A stretch of 64,000 bases of DNA, from NCBI GenBank assembly GCA_965206595.1, contig OZ242214.1, positions 960,001-1,024,000 on the forward strand, given 5' to 3'. The stretch is from Candidatus Latescibacterota bacterium. Its GTDB lineage: Bacteria > Latescibacterota > UBA2968 > UBA8231. A model generated the notes under the pieces. That model was not told the origin of the DNA, did no database searches, and saw nothing but the letters and a program-made list of their open reading frames with translations. Shown here one piece after another: positions 1 through 9,754 of the stretch (position 1 is the stretch's first letter; every line of letters begins with the position of its first letter). Made by a program: the position numbers and the translations under genes.

Positions 1-1114
1 GATACAGGCATAAGTGTGGTTTGTATGCCTGAATGTTTGCTGGCTGAAAATGCGCAAAGGTCAGCGAGCTGAAACGCGTCGTGTCGAGCCGCGCCAATAC
101 CCTGGCCGCCCCGGCCGCCGGCCAAAAGTCGAGAATCGGTCGCTCATCACCGATGTCATAGCCGATCACGGCTCGGTCACCGGCGATGGCGTCGACCCAG
201 GGTTTGACGTATGCCTCGGCAGCGTCGGGGCCCCCTTGTCCGAAATGATGAAGGATAGGACGCACACGCGCGCTCATGCGCATGCCGGTTTGCTCGGCCG
301 CCTTGGGGGTGGGGCCGAGCGTCAGGCTACCGTCATGGATATGCAGGAATGCCGATTGTTTGTAATTCAGGTGATGCCTTGCCATCACATCGAAAACGTG
401 ACGGTGCGTGAGGTGGTGTTCCCCGATATCCGACGAGTCATCATACATCCCGAAGGGAAAGAACTCACGCAAGACAGCCGGTTCAGCCAGCGGGCCGTCA
501 CTTGTCATTGAAAGCCATTGCCCTTCACGTTCCTGCTCCGTGGCGCTGAACTCACGCAAGCGCATCCAGTCGATTTCCAGTTCTGCGGGATGTTTGCAAT
601 GAACCTTGATTGACAAGCCAACCAAAGCCTGCGGCCGCCATGCCTCGGGAATCGCCTCATCCGGAAACAGGCGCCACGCTGTCGTCTGCCATTGGACCAG
701 GGGAGAAATATAGAAAGTGACCGTTCTCTCCGATCCGTCGGCAGACAGATACGTTGGCTGAACCTCCACGTGGATGACTGGATCCGGAGCAGTAAGCCTA
801 TGGCGTATTTCCAGCATGGGATTGTTCCCAAGCGACAACTCACCAAGCTTTGGCCACGTCAGCTCTGCGCGATCCTCCATTTTGTCGAACTGTCCCCCAA
901 GGGTGACAACACCTTCCCTTGAATGAAAGATCAGACGATCGGGCTCTGAGTTTTTCGAACTTCCGTTGATGAAGACGGGCTTGTCGGCACCATTCAGATT
1001 GCCGCCATCGAAATCCGTTCGCCAGGCTTCCTTCATATCTTCTCCCAAAACCGATTTGTTTGTAAACAAGATCACCAAGAACAGACACCAATATCTGCAA
1101 CAACTCTTTGCCAT
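1..1114 (-). CDS. Secreted putative glycoside hydrolase (GH-A-like TIM barrel), runs off the left edge
   Basis: Hand translation gives an open frame from ATG 1114 (RBS GAAAGGGG) to base 1. It has an N-terminal hydrophobic leader (MAKSCCRYWCLFLVILF), FFPFGMY and VIGYDIGDERP motifs. It is absent from the ORF track because no stop lies in the window. Confidence 0.65.
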   Translation of the reverse strand, partial: MAKSCCRYWCLFLVILFTNKSVLGEDMKEAWRTDFDGGNLNGADKPVFINGSSKNSEPDRLIFHSREGVVTLGGQFDKMEDRAELTWPKLGELSLGNNPMLEIRHRLTAPDPVIHVEVQPTYLSADGSERTVTFYISPLVQWQTTAWRLFPDEAIPEAWRPQALVGLSIKVHCKHPAELEIDWMRLREFSATEQEREGQWLSMTSDGPLAEPAVLREFFPFGMYDDSSDIGEHHLTHRHVFDVMARHHLNYKQSAFLHIHDGSLTLGPTPKAAEQTGMRMSARVRPILHHFGQGGPDAAEAYVKPWVDAIAGDRAVIGYDIGDERPILDFWPAAGAARVLARLDTTRFSSLTFAHFQPANIQAYKPHLCLY

Positions 1115-1177
1115 ATCAAGGGCCCCTTTCTACCGATAATATCAAAAACAATCAAGCCGCCACAAAATGGATACGGG

Positions 1178-1236
1178 AAGGCGAGGCGGCCGTCGCGGCC
1201 TGTAATCGCGCCGTCGGTGGTGTCGACGATCTGCAC
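1178..1236 (-). pseudogene. 59-bp remnant of a TonB-dependent receptor paralogue
   Basis: 54/59 identical to 4183-4241; encodes VQIVDTTDGAITGRDGRLA. Confidence 0.7.
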
Positions 1237-1350
1237 TCTTGGGGACTCTGAAACCGGGGAGTAACCCCTTCAGCCTCGCGCAAGTTCATCGATTGCCCAC
1301 CCACCCAGCTCGGGGCATCTCTTACCTCGTACCCGTGCCGGGACGGACCG

Positions 1351-2121
1351 CTAATTCTCCTCTTCCAATTCCGGCAGCAGCACGTACTTCACCCACCCGA
1401 AATCCGGGTCGATCTCGAGCGCCTTCTGAAAGGCCGCCCCCGCCGGCTCCCTTTCGTCCCTGTCCATATAAGCGAGGCCGAGCCAGGCGTAGGCTTCGCT
1501 GTGCCCCCATGCAGGCTCGACGGGTTCGGCAGGCTTCTCCAGGGCAAAGAGCTCCGCGGCCCGCTGAAATCCCTGCATGGCCCTTTCCTTGTTGCCTCCG
1601 AACATCCTGGGAGTGTTGTAATCGCCGATGGCCGCGCTCAGCACCACGCGCGGATTGTCGGGGGCGAGCTCCATGGCCTTCTTGATAGCCTTCCCGGCCT
1701 TGGGTCCGATGAACATGCTTTTGACAGAACTCAGGCCGATCTGGCGGCCGTACGCGCTTGAAAGCAGGGCATGGGCTTCCGCCGCCTCCGGATCGATCCG
1801 GGTCGCTTCCTTCAGATGCCCCACCGCGCTGTCGAGGTGTTCGGAAGCGGCGTCCTTGTTCTTCTCGCCCTCAGCCAGCAGCAGGTTGACGATGCGGAAA
1901 TCGGCCAGGGCGATGTAGTAGTGCGACCACGCGGCCAGGCTGGTATCGGCCAGGGCGCGCTCGAACGTCGCCCGGGCCGCGTACATCGCATCGAGGGACC
2001 CCTGGTTTTCTCCGGCATGCAGCATTCGTCTTCCACTGACGAGAAGAGAATCCGCCGATTGCGGGAAGGCGGGACAGGCGATCGAGAGCATGAAAGCGAG
2101 GGAGAGCGGAAAGCGCAGCAT
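1351..2121 (-). CDS. Secreted tetratricopeptide-repeat protein
   Basis: Signal peptide; TPR motifs AEAHALL, KAMELAPDNPR, EAYAWLGLAY...FQKALEIDPDF. Confidence 0.85.
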   Translation of the reverse strand: MLRFPLSLAFMLSIACPAFPQSADSLLVSGRRMLHAGENQGSLDAMYAARATFERALADTSLAAWSHYYIALADFRIVNLLLAEGEKNKDAASEHLDSAVGHLKEATRIDPEAAEAHALLSSAYGRQIGLSSVKSMFIGPKAGKAIKKAMELAPDNPRVVLSAAIGDYNTPRMFGGNKERAMQGFQRAAELFALEKPAEPVEPAWGHSEAYAWLGLAYMDRDEREPAGAAFQKALEIDPDFGWVKYVLLPELEEEN

Positions 2122-2148
2122 GGTTGGCCTCTTTGGTGAAGATGAAGG

Positions 2149-4367
2149 TCAGTAGTTCAGGGAGACGGTGGTGCCGAAGTAAACGGACCGGCGAAAGAGG
2201 GAGGTGCGCGGCCGTCGCCGGGTATAGTCGATGCTGTAATCGTAGTCGAGCACGTTGGCGCGGTTGAGCAGGTTGTTGACAGCGAGGTAGAAGACCGCCC
2301 GGTGCCCGGAGCCGAAGAACAGCAGATAGCTGAACTGTCCGTCCACCTGTTGAAAGGAGGGCAGCCGTTCCGAGCCGACCGGTCCTTCCACCGGCAGGTA
2401 GTAGCCTCTGCCCGCCACGGGCACGGCATCGACGACCGGGGTGATGGGACGGCCGCTGGCGTATCTCAGGGTCAGGCCGCCGCTCAAGGTGCGGACGATC
2501 CGCATTTTCGCGACCCAGGTCAGGTTGTGGGTGATATCGAACGGTGAAGGAGCTTCTTCGCGCAGCGTCTCAAACCCCAGGTGGCGCACCTGCATCCGGC
2601 GCGAGCGCAGCAGACTGTAGGCCATCCAGCCGCTGAAGCGCGTGTCGAGAAAGGCGCCGTACTTGCAGAAGAGGTCGACACCGGAGGCCCGCCCGCTGCC
2701 TGTATTTGCAAGGTTCAGGACGGGGTCATCCAGCACCAGATTGCGGTAGGGCTTGTAGTACCCCTCCAGCCGCACCAGGAACCGCCCGCGTTCGTGGTGC
2801 AGGCCGCCGATCCAGTGCTGGGCGCGCTGGGGTCCCAGATTCGGGTTGCCGCTGGTGGGGTTGTATGCGAACGGGGCGGGGAACTGGTGGTAGATGCCCC
2901 AGGCGAGCCGGGCGTTCGTGTCTTGCGAGAGCTGGTATCGCGCCGACAGGCGCGGGTCCACGACCAGACCGCCCCCGAGGCTGTGGCGGTCGGCGCGCAT
3001 ACCGGCATTGGCGACGATGCGGCGCCCTGGTTTGAAATCGACCTCGAACCAGGCGCCGGTACGCCGGGCGCTGTAGGAGGCGTCGAGCTCGAAGACCTCT
3101 GCCTCCGGGTCGAGGATGTCGCCCTGGGGGATGCTGCCCACGAAGCGGTTGCCGGCGTGCTCCACTTCGCTCCCGAAACGCAGGATCCCGAATGCCCCGA
3201 GGAAGCGTTCCCAGTCCGTGCGGATCTTGCCGGTCAGGTCGCTGGGAGTCAGGTCGAGGTTGCCCAGTTGCCGCCGGGCCGAGTGCCGGTTGAGCGAGGC
3301 GCTGGTCCGGATGGACCAGTCCGCCCATACATCCGTCCACTGGAGATTGTGCAGTGAGTTGTCGCTGCGGCCCCGGTAATGGCCGTCGAACGAAGGCTCG
3401 GCCACGCGCACGCCGATCTCGTTCCCCCCGTTGAAGCTGAACAGCTTGAGGCGTCCGGTCGGCGAGTACCGGTAGACCAGGTTGAGGTTGCCGTCGCGCC
3501 CCCGCGGAGTGATGACGAATCCGTCGCGGTGACCGTTGAGGCGGAACATGAGATCGGTAAGGCTGAGATTCTCCGTGAAGCGCAGGCCGAGCTTGTCCTC
3601 GACAAGGGGCAGGTCGAGTCCCACGGAGCCGGCGGCAAGGCCCAGACCGAGCGTATAGCTCCGTTGCGCGGGCATGTCCAGGCTCTCCATCGCCAGCACC
3701 GCGGAAAGCGCGTTGCCGTAGCGGGCGGAGAATCCACCCGTGGAAAAGGCCGTGCCCTTGACCATGAACGGAGGGATCGTGCCGAACACCCCGCCGGTGG
3801 GGGATTCGTACCGGTAGGGATGGACCACCGTGGCCTGGTCGAGCAGAACGACGGTCTCGCTCACGTCGCCGCCGCGGACGAAAAGGCCGGCCCCATCATC
3901 CACGGTGGCCACCCCGGGGAAGGTCTTGAAGGCGCGGAAGATGTCGGCGGAAGCCCCCGGCGTCGTGACCACATCGAGGGGGGAAAGGGTGACGGTCTCG
4001 TCCTCCCCGGTGGTGTAGGTGCTGGCCGTGACGAAAAGGTTTCGCCGAGCTCGATGAGGGCTTGCCGCAGCACCAGGCGAACCGTCGCGGTATCGCCCGC
4101 GGCCAGGTGCAGGGTCTGCCGGGCCGGTTCGAAGCCGATGAAGGTGGCGGCCAGGCCGCGCCCTCCGAGGTGCCGGGTGGAAAAGGCGAAACGGCCGTCG
4201 CGGCCCGTTATGGCGCCGTCGGTGGTGTCGACGATCTGCACGTTGACGAAGGCCATCGGCCGCTGTGATTCGTCGACGACCTGTCCCTGAACGAAAGCCC
4301 TGCCCTGCGCCAGGGCCGGCAAGGAGAAACAGGCGCCGAAAAGGAGAGCCAGCACTCGCGCGCGCAT
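2149..4367 (-). CDS. TonB-dependent receptor with N-terminal carboxypeptidase-regulatory-like domain, frameshifted at ~4034-4037
   Basis: ORFs 3861-4367 and 2149-3972 join if one base is removed from an A4 run (gives ...FVTASTYTTGEDETVTLSPLDVVTTPG). Plug motifs LFVRGG and STGGFSARYGNALSAV; NNLLNR; terminal aromatic residue. Confidence 0.85.
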
Positions 4368-4368
4368 C

Positions 4369-4704
4369 TCAGAGCCTGGCGCCGGCGATCACCGTCTGCA
4401 GGGCCTCGAGGTGGGTCTGCAGGGCCTTGGCGCCTTTTTTGGTGAGGCGGTACCAGGTCACCGGCCTGCGGTTCTCGAAGCGCTTGGACACGCCGAGGTA
4501 GCCGGCGTCCTCCAGCTTGCGCAGGTGCGCCCCGAGGTTGCCGTCCGTCTCCTGGAGGAGCTGCTTCAGGCTGGTGAAGGTCATGGCGTCGACGTCGGCC
4601 AGCAGCACGCAGGCGCCGAGGCGGCTGCGGTGTTCCAGCAGCTTGTCCAGCCGAACCAGGCCCCCGGAGGTGACCTCAGCCGGTTGCGACGGCTTCTTCA
4701 TCAT
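4369..4704 (-). CDS. Winged-helix transcriptional regulator (HTH_34/ArsR-MarR-like)
   Basis: FTSLKQLLQETDGNLGAHLRKLEDAGYL...TWYRLTKKG. Confidence 0.9.
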   Translation of the reverse strand: MMKKPSQPAEVTSGGLVRLDKLLEHRSRLGACVLLADVDAMTFTSLKQLLQETDGNLGAHLRKLEDAGYLGVSKRFENRRPVTWYRLTKKGAKALQTHLEALQTVIAGARL

Positions 4705-5263
4705 CCCTCGGTTTCATCCACAGGGCGCTGGCCACGAGAGCCGCGGCCGTGGCCAGTCCGACGATAGTCCAGGGCCAGGCCGGGATGTGGTCGACCGCGG
4801 CCGATCCGCAGATGAGCAGGACCCCCGGCCAGAGGGTGCGCCGGTCGAGGTGCAGACCGCCCAGGAAGAACACGGCGCCGGAGAGAAGGGCGAAGAGCTG
4901 ACCGATTACCCAGCCGTCGAACCGGTGGGAGAAAGCGATGGACATCACCGCCACCCCGCCGAAGAAGATGCAGCCCCAGTGCAGGGCACTCCTGGCGCCC
5001 AGACCGGACCTGAGGAGTCCCCGCTTCCTCTCCTGCCGGGTGCCCAGGCCGAGGCTGACCAGGAAGCCGGCGGCCGGGGCGACCATCCAGTACACGGGGG
5101 CGTACTCCATGGCGAAATCGTTGAGAGCGTACCCGGCGGCGATGATCACCGCCCACATGAGGGTTATACCCAGGTAGCGGTACTGCCCCTCCTCCCGCCG
5201 CTCCACCGCCTGGCGGACGAAGGACACGTCCTCTTCGAGCTTCTGCGTCACGTTGGGTTCCAT
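4676..5263 (-). CDS. Integral membrane protein (about 6 TM)
   Basis: RBS GAAAGGAGA before ATG 5263; several hydrophobic segments; overlaps the wHTH gene. Confidence 0.8.
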   Translation of the reverse strand: MEPNVTQKLEEDVSFVRQAVERREEGQYRYLGITLMWAVIIAAGYALNDFAMEYAPVYWMVAPAAGFLVSLGLGTRQERKRGLLRSGLGARSALHWGCIFFGGVAVMSIAFSHRFDGWVIGQLFALLSGAVFFLGGLHLDRRTLWPGVLLICGSAAVDHIPAWPWTIVGLATAAALVASALWMKPRDDEEAVATG

Positions 5264-5334
5264 TCGTGAGTCTCCTTTCGCGGCTGCCGTCCCGGGAGCC
5301 GGGGGAGCGGCGGCCCTTTCCATTTGGTAAGGCT

Positions 5335-5397
5335 GCAGAGTTTTTCCAACTCATGCAGAGTTCTCTATAAAATAGAGTTGACAGGCCCATTGTCAAC
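5335..5397 (-). promoter_or_regulatory. Sigma70-like promoter and candidate operator of the membrane protein-wHTH-TonB-TPR operon
   Basis: Minus strand TTGACA (5396-5391), 16 bp, TATTTT. The palindrome CTCTAT-AAA-ATAGAG (5363-5377) overlaps the -10. AACTCT(A/G) is repeated, and GTTGACA-N7-TGTCAAC gives two opposed -35 boxes. Confidence 0.5.
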
Positions 5398-5438
5398 TGT
5401 TTATTCAATACAGAATCCCCTACGTCTGGAGGCTACCC

Positions 5439-5921
5439 ATGAGACATCCGAAGAAAGCGACGCTGGCGATACTTGCCCTGCTGCTGTCCGTGCACGCCGG
5501 TCTGGCCCTGCCTGCGCCGCCCGACTCGGTGGTGGCAGCGCCATTCACCCCGGCGGGGGTCCAGGACCAGGGCCGCTTCATCCTCTTGATTTGGAATGCG
5601 GTGGAGGGAGCGGACGGATACCGGATTTACCGGGAGATAGCGGTCACTACGGGCACCGATGAACAGGGAAACCTGGTAGAGCAGGATCCCCCCGAGACTG
5701 CCCTCGTGCGGTGGGGCAGCATCGATCCAATGGAGCCTGTCGTCAGGGTCGTCGTCGCTACCGTGGACAGCGATACGAACAGTCTGTGGGCGGTCACGAC
5801 GGTGCAGAATACCGATGACGGGCCGGTGGAATCGGAGCCGGTGTACTTCCATGTACAGGTGGAAGGGATAGCGACGGGAGTGCAGGCACGCAGTTGGGGG
5901 GCTGTGAAAGCCGCCCAGTGA
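5439..5921 (+). CDS. Secreted FN3-like protein with C-terminal SWGAVK tail
   Basis: Signal peptide; LIWNAVEGADGYRIYR is FN3-like; ends ATGVQARSWGAVKAAQ. Confidence 0.75.
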   Translation: MRHPKKATLAILALLLSVHAGLALPAPPDSVVAAPFTPAGVQDQGRFILLIWNAVEGADGYRIYREIAVTTGTDEQGNLVEQDPPETALVRWGSIDPMEPVVRVVVATVDSDTNSLWAVTTVQNTDDGPVESEPVYFHVQVEGIATGVQARSWGAVKAAQ

Positions 5922-6270
5922 GATCACTCTTTCGGCGCGGAGAAGCCAAAGGCTTCGAAGAGCACAACCCCCGCCTGGTGCCTGCTTGCGCAATTCCGCG
6001 TGAATTCGGTCGCCGCTTCATTACGCGCGCAGGCACTATTCCGGTTCTCGATGGACTACCCCGAGTCCAGCCGGAGATTGACCGCCTTCTCAGGCTCGTC
6101 CTGGCGATCCCGGTCCTCATCCTGTCGTCCTGATCACTGCCTCCCCTTCTGCGGTTCCAGGGTTTGGTCGAGGATCGGGTGGTTTCGTCAAAAGGGTTGC
6201 TATCGGCCTTCAGTAGTCGACGGTCTCAGGTTGTCCGAGAGCCAGTGGGTGGTAATGTTTTTGGGACCCT

Positions 6271-6540
6271 TTAAATTCCTTGCTGATCCCTTCCATTATC
6301 GCTATCTCGGCTTCCGACCTTTACTAATCTGTCTTCGGGCGTCATTGACAGGACGACTGTGTCGCTGGCGAAGCTAGGCACGTTGTTGTCCAGTGCGATC
6401 ACCTGCAATCTGCCTTGATAGTTTTTAACTTCCGCCATCAGCAACCGGTAGGTATCATCGCGACGCTCGAGTGCCTTCATTGGATCGAAATACAAACCCT
6501 CTGGAAAGGCCATCAGCCTGGATGTCCTGTCGTCGCTCAA
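6271..6540 (-). pseudogene. Probable C-terminal fragment of an ABC/SMC-like ATPase
   Basis: YRLL...LQVIALDNNVP...RLV resembles the last strands of such ATPases; no N-terminal part; lower GC. Confidence 0.4.
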
Positions 6541-6701
6541 GTAAACCGGTCCTATCTTCTGACAATCACACCATTGTTGTAAGTAAATCCAGAAATTTGT
6601 GACGGATAGCCGGATATGCGGTGCATCATTGGCGGAAAAATGCTTCCGCTGTATTCCTTTAGAAGTTGTGTGGCATCGTTAGTGAAATGAAGGAAATAGA
6701 T

Positions 6702-7199
6702 TCAAGAAAATCGGCGTTCGCCAACACGGCGTGCGTGATCAGCTATCGCAGTAAGCGAACGTTCATGTTCCAATGCTGCACGTATGGAGTTGATCACCTC
6801 CGTGCCTGGCAACCTTGATAACTTGGCGCGGGAAATACCGAATCGGGAAGCCCCCAACTCGACGATTTGCTTCTTCAAATACCGTTCGTCACTGAGAATC
6901 CTTTCGACCTCTTCACCAGCCATGGACGCAAGGTCCGGCGGAAGTTCGATTGGCGGCTTGGTGCCCGATTTGTGGTGTTTTGACCCTGTAGACGCATGCA
7001 ACAATTCTGGCAACTCATCAATGGTGCGGGACTTGAAGGGCTTCAATACCTCTGCAAGACGACTAAGCCCATCGCTCATTTGTGGATTACCAGTTCGGGC
7101 GTCCGCCTGCATGCCTGCCAAGCGAGACAGGTATTTTACAAGATCGCCAACCAGCAAGTCGGTGTTACCCTTCTGGGTCTGTGCTCCCGCTTTTCTCAT
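6702..7199 (-). CDS. Hypothetical helical protein, translationally coupled to the ParA ATPase
   Basis: ATGA overlap with the parA stop at 7196-7199; 165 aa. Confidence 0.75.
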   Translation of the reverse strand: MRKAGAQTQKGNTDLLVGDLVKYLSRLAGMQADARTGNPQMSDGLSRLAEVLKPFKSRTIDELPELLHASTGSKHHKSGTKPPIELPPDLASMAGEEVERILSDERYLKKQIVELGASRFGISRAKLSRLPGTEVINSIRAALEHERSLTAIADHARRVGERRFS

Positions 7200-7906
7200 A
7201 GGGCATCAATCCGATTGAGAATGTTTTGAGTCAGAGCTTCAAATTGGGCGTGGATGCCGCGACCACCGATATTTTGCGAAGATGAGCGGTCAAAGACCGG
7301 AACCCGGCCAGTCAGGGCTTCGGATACACCCGTACCTTGATGAATAAAGGGTTCTAGGAGAAGATTTCCCCACCGCCTTTGCATGGACCTCAAGTGTTGT
7401 GTGTGATCGTTGGTATAGCCCGAATCTGCATTACCCGCAACCTGAATACGACAGACCACTAATCCAACCAGTTGAGTTTCAGAGACGAACATTCTTCTCT
7501 CTTCGCCCATCGCTGCCAATTCATTGAGTCTGACATCTATACCGGACTGGATCATGTTGCGGAGATGAGGAGCGCCTCGCTCCATAACGGCTTCCGGGAC
7601 TACAGGGACAATATATCCATGGCTGGCGGCAATGGCATTCTGGGAAACTATCTTGGTTGCCGGGGCGCAATCGAAAAGGATATAATCGTAGGAACCATCG
7701 GCACCCGTATCCTCGATCCAGCGAGACATTAGAGTACGTTTGTTCCACTCGGATTGAATGGCGTTCCCTTGATGCGATGCCGTGAGTTCGATTTCCGTAT
7801 CATCCAAGGCAAGATTTGCGGGAACAATGTGGATATTTGCATAGCTGCCGTGCACACCGAACTGAGATGGCTGGATGATTTCTCTACCGGGCGCTTGGTG
7901 GTATAA

Positions 7907-9286
7907 CTGGACTTTTGCAAACTCCGCTTTTTTACTAAAGTTTGAGATGTGCGACAATTCGCTGCTCTGTCCACCCTATTGAGGCTTGGTCCACTACCCA
8001 GGAGATGGTTTTGCTGAGCGTCTCTCGCGACACGGCTCGACAGGCTTCGCCAATGGTCGTCAGCACGGTATGAGCCCAGTCACGCGCACGGCCCTGCCGC
8101 ATCCGTGCCATGAGCAGACTGTGCGTCAGCATCACGAGGTACCTATGCCGGGTCTGGCCCTCGCCGCTGCGTAACTGACAGTCTCCCATGCCCAGATGGT
8201 GCTTGCCGTCCCGATGAAAAGTCTCGGTGCCCGTCCAGCGTTTGCGATAAACATTCAGAATACGACTGATCTCCCAGTGCACGCGATTGGTCAGTAGAAA
8301 CTTGACCGCTTCCCTGCCGTTCTTGCGATCCCACAGGATCACCAGGCGAACCCGGTGCTCGAGCTTGGGCAGACTCAGGGTTTTGGTGAAATACCATTGT
8401 TTGCGCTTGCCGATGCTGACCTGTTTGCGATCCTCGGGCGGGATATTCGCAGCCACTTCCGCGGCCTTCATCAGGCCGCCCTTGAACTCGACCTTGCGGT
8501 TGCTCTTCAGGGCTCCTACGTAGCCGCGCTCATGACTATGGAGGTGATCGAGACACTCGACACTGCTGAAGTAGCAGTCGAAGGCGAAATCGCCCGGGAT
8601 CTGTCGGAACACGACCCAGTCCACCAGCTCTTTGAACAGCTCGGTATGGCTCTTGAAGGAGGGGTCCGTCTCCCCTTCCCGGCCCTTGCGAAAGCGACGG
8701 AATTCCAACGGATAGTATTTCCCCGAGGTGCACACGTAGTTGGCGATGACGTAGTCGTGCGCAATCATATGGCGCTTGTCCGAGTGATCCCAAAACCACC
8801 CCACATCCTCGATCTTTTCTCCGCTGTGGCCGACCAAGGTGTTGTCGATGGCGATCACCCCGCGCCCTGAATAGCGCGTCGAAGGGTGCTCCTGCAACCA
8901 TTCCAGGCGATGTTCGTTGAGCCATTTTCCGTCCCACCGCACCTGCGTAATCCAGCGGTTCAGGCAGGACTGATCGGTGGTCTCGACGAACTCGGCGTTG
9001 ATCGCCGATACATTTTTGCGTTCGGCCACCATCAACCCGGTTAGATACTCGCCAAAGTGACGGCGCTCCGGGGCGTTGGCGAAGAGGCCGCCGAACTCGG
9101 CCACCGCTTCTTCAACCACCGTGGGAAAATCAACAATACCTGGCATGAACAACCTCTCTCATGGCCAGGGGAAACCGAGGCCGGGGATGCCTTCGTCCTA
9201 CCAAACATACCAAGTTCCATCGAATTCGTGCTACCCTCTAATCCTTGACCGATTATCCAGGAATTCTGCCTTTTGCAAAAGTCCAG
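7907..9286 (-). mobile_element. IS701-family insertion sequence
   Basis: 15-bp terminal IR CTGGACTTTTGCAAA (7907-7921) / TTTGCAAAAGTCCAG (9272-9286); no clean TSD found. Confidence 0.85.
7935..9146 (-). CDS. IS701-family DDE transposase
   Basis: IAIDNT, FDCYF, YRKRWTGTETFHRDGKHHLG. Confidence 0.85.
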   Translation of the reverse strand: MPGIVDFPTVVEEAVAEFGGLFANAPERRHFGEYLTGLMVAERKNVSAINAEFVETTDQSCLNRWITQVRWDGKWLNEHRLEWLQEHPSTRYSGRGVIAIDNTLVGHSGEKIEDVGWFWDHSDKRHMIAHDYVIANYVCTSGKYYPLEFRRFRKGREGETDPSFKSHTELFKELVDWVVFRQIPGDFAFDCYFSSVECLDHLHSHERGYVGALKSNRKVEFKGGLMKAAEVAANIPPEDRKQVSIGKRKQWYFTKTLSLPKLEHRVRLVILWDRKNGREAVKFLLTNRVHWEISRILNVYRKRWTGTETFHRDGKHHLGMGDCQLRSGEGQTRHRYLVMLTHSLLMARMRQGRARDWAHTVLTTIGEACRAVSRETLSKTISWVVDQASIGWTEQRIVAHLKL

Positions 9287-9754
9287 GTGGAGCCAAGAAA
9301 ATTTCGGAAAATAAGGTCGACGGTTTCTCCTGAACCCGCGGCCTGTTCCCAGGCGCTAGTTCCCAAGCAGACTATCGATAGACTGCTTTGGTGGTCCATA
9401 TCGACGAGCAATACCCGCGCACCGTGAAACCTCGCAAGGCCAGCGGCGAGATTAAATGCGAGCGTGGTTTTTCCTACGCCCCCTTTGAAATTGATGACAC
9501 TGATACGTTTTGCCATTCGTAGTTCTCCTCTTTTAAAGACAATTTAGTCTAAAAAGACGCGAGTCTGGAGTGGTTGTCAAGGGAGTTTCTACGTTTGCAC
9601 TGCGGTCAAGGTCCGTCTTCTAGACCGGGGTCAGGTTCGAAGGCTTTTCCGGCCGTTGGAAAGCCCCTGGCTTTATGGGAGCTATGATACACCGGGGGAA
9701 AGGCCGACCACGCGTAGATTAGGCAGTCCTCCTGCAAGACAAGGGCGGCCAAAA

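Larger units (their letters stand above)
7196..9516 (-). pseudogene. parA: ParA/Soj-family ATPase split by an IS701-family element
   Basis: N-part 9287-9516 has the deviant Walker [10 protein letters not shown] and [14 protein letters not shown]-part 7196-7906 has YDYILFDCAPA and SQNAIAASHGYIVPV. Confidence 0.85.

Noticed and set aside
14-1103. Short track ORFs 14-511, 505-846 and 840-1103
   Set aside because: All overlap the better-supported open minus frame 1114 to <1.
7196-9516. Plasmid or prophage partition locus
   Set aside because: No parB, rep, integrase or phage genes in the window.
9600-9670. tRNA-like GGTTCGAA
   Set aside because: Not followed by a T-stem and acceptor stem; no cloverleaf could be built.
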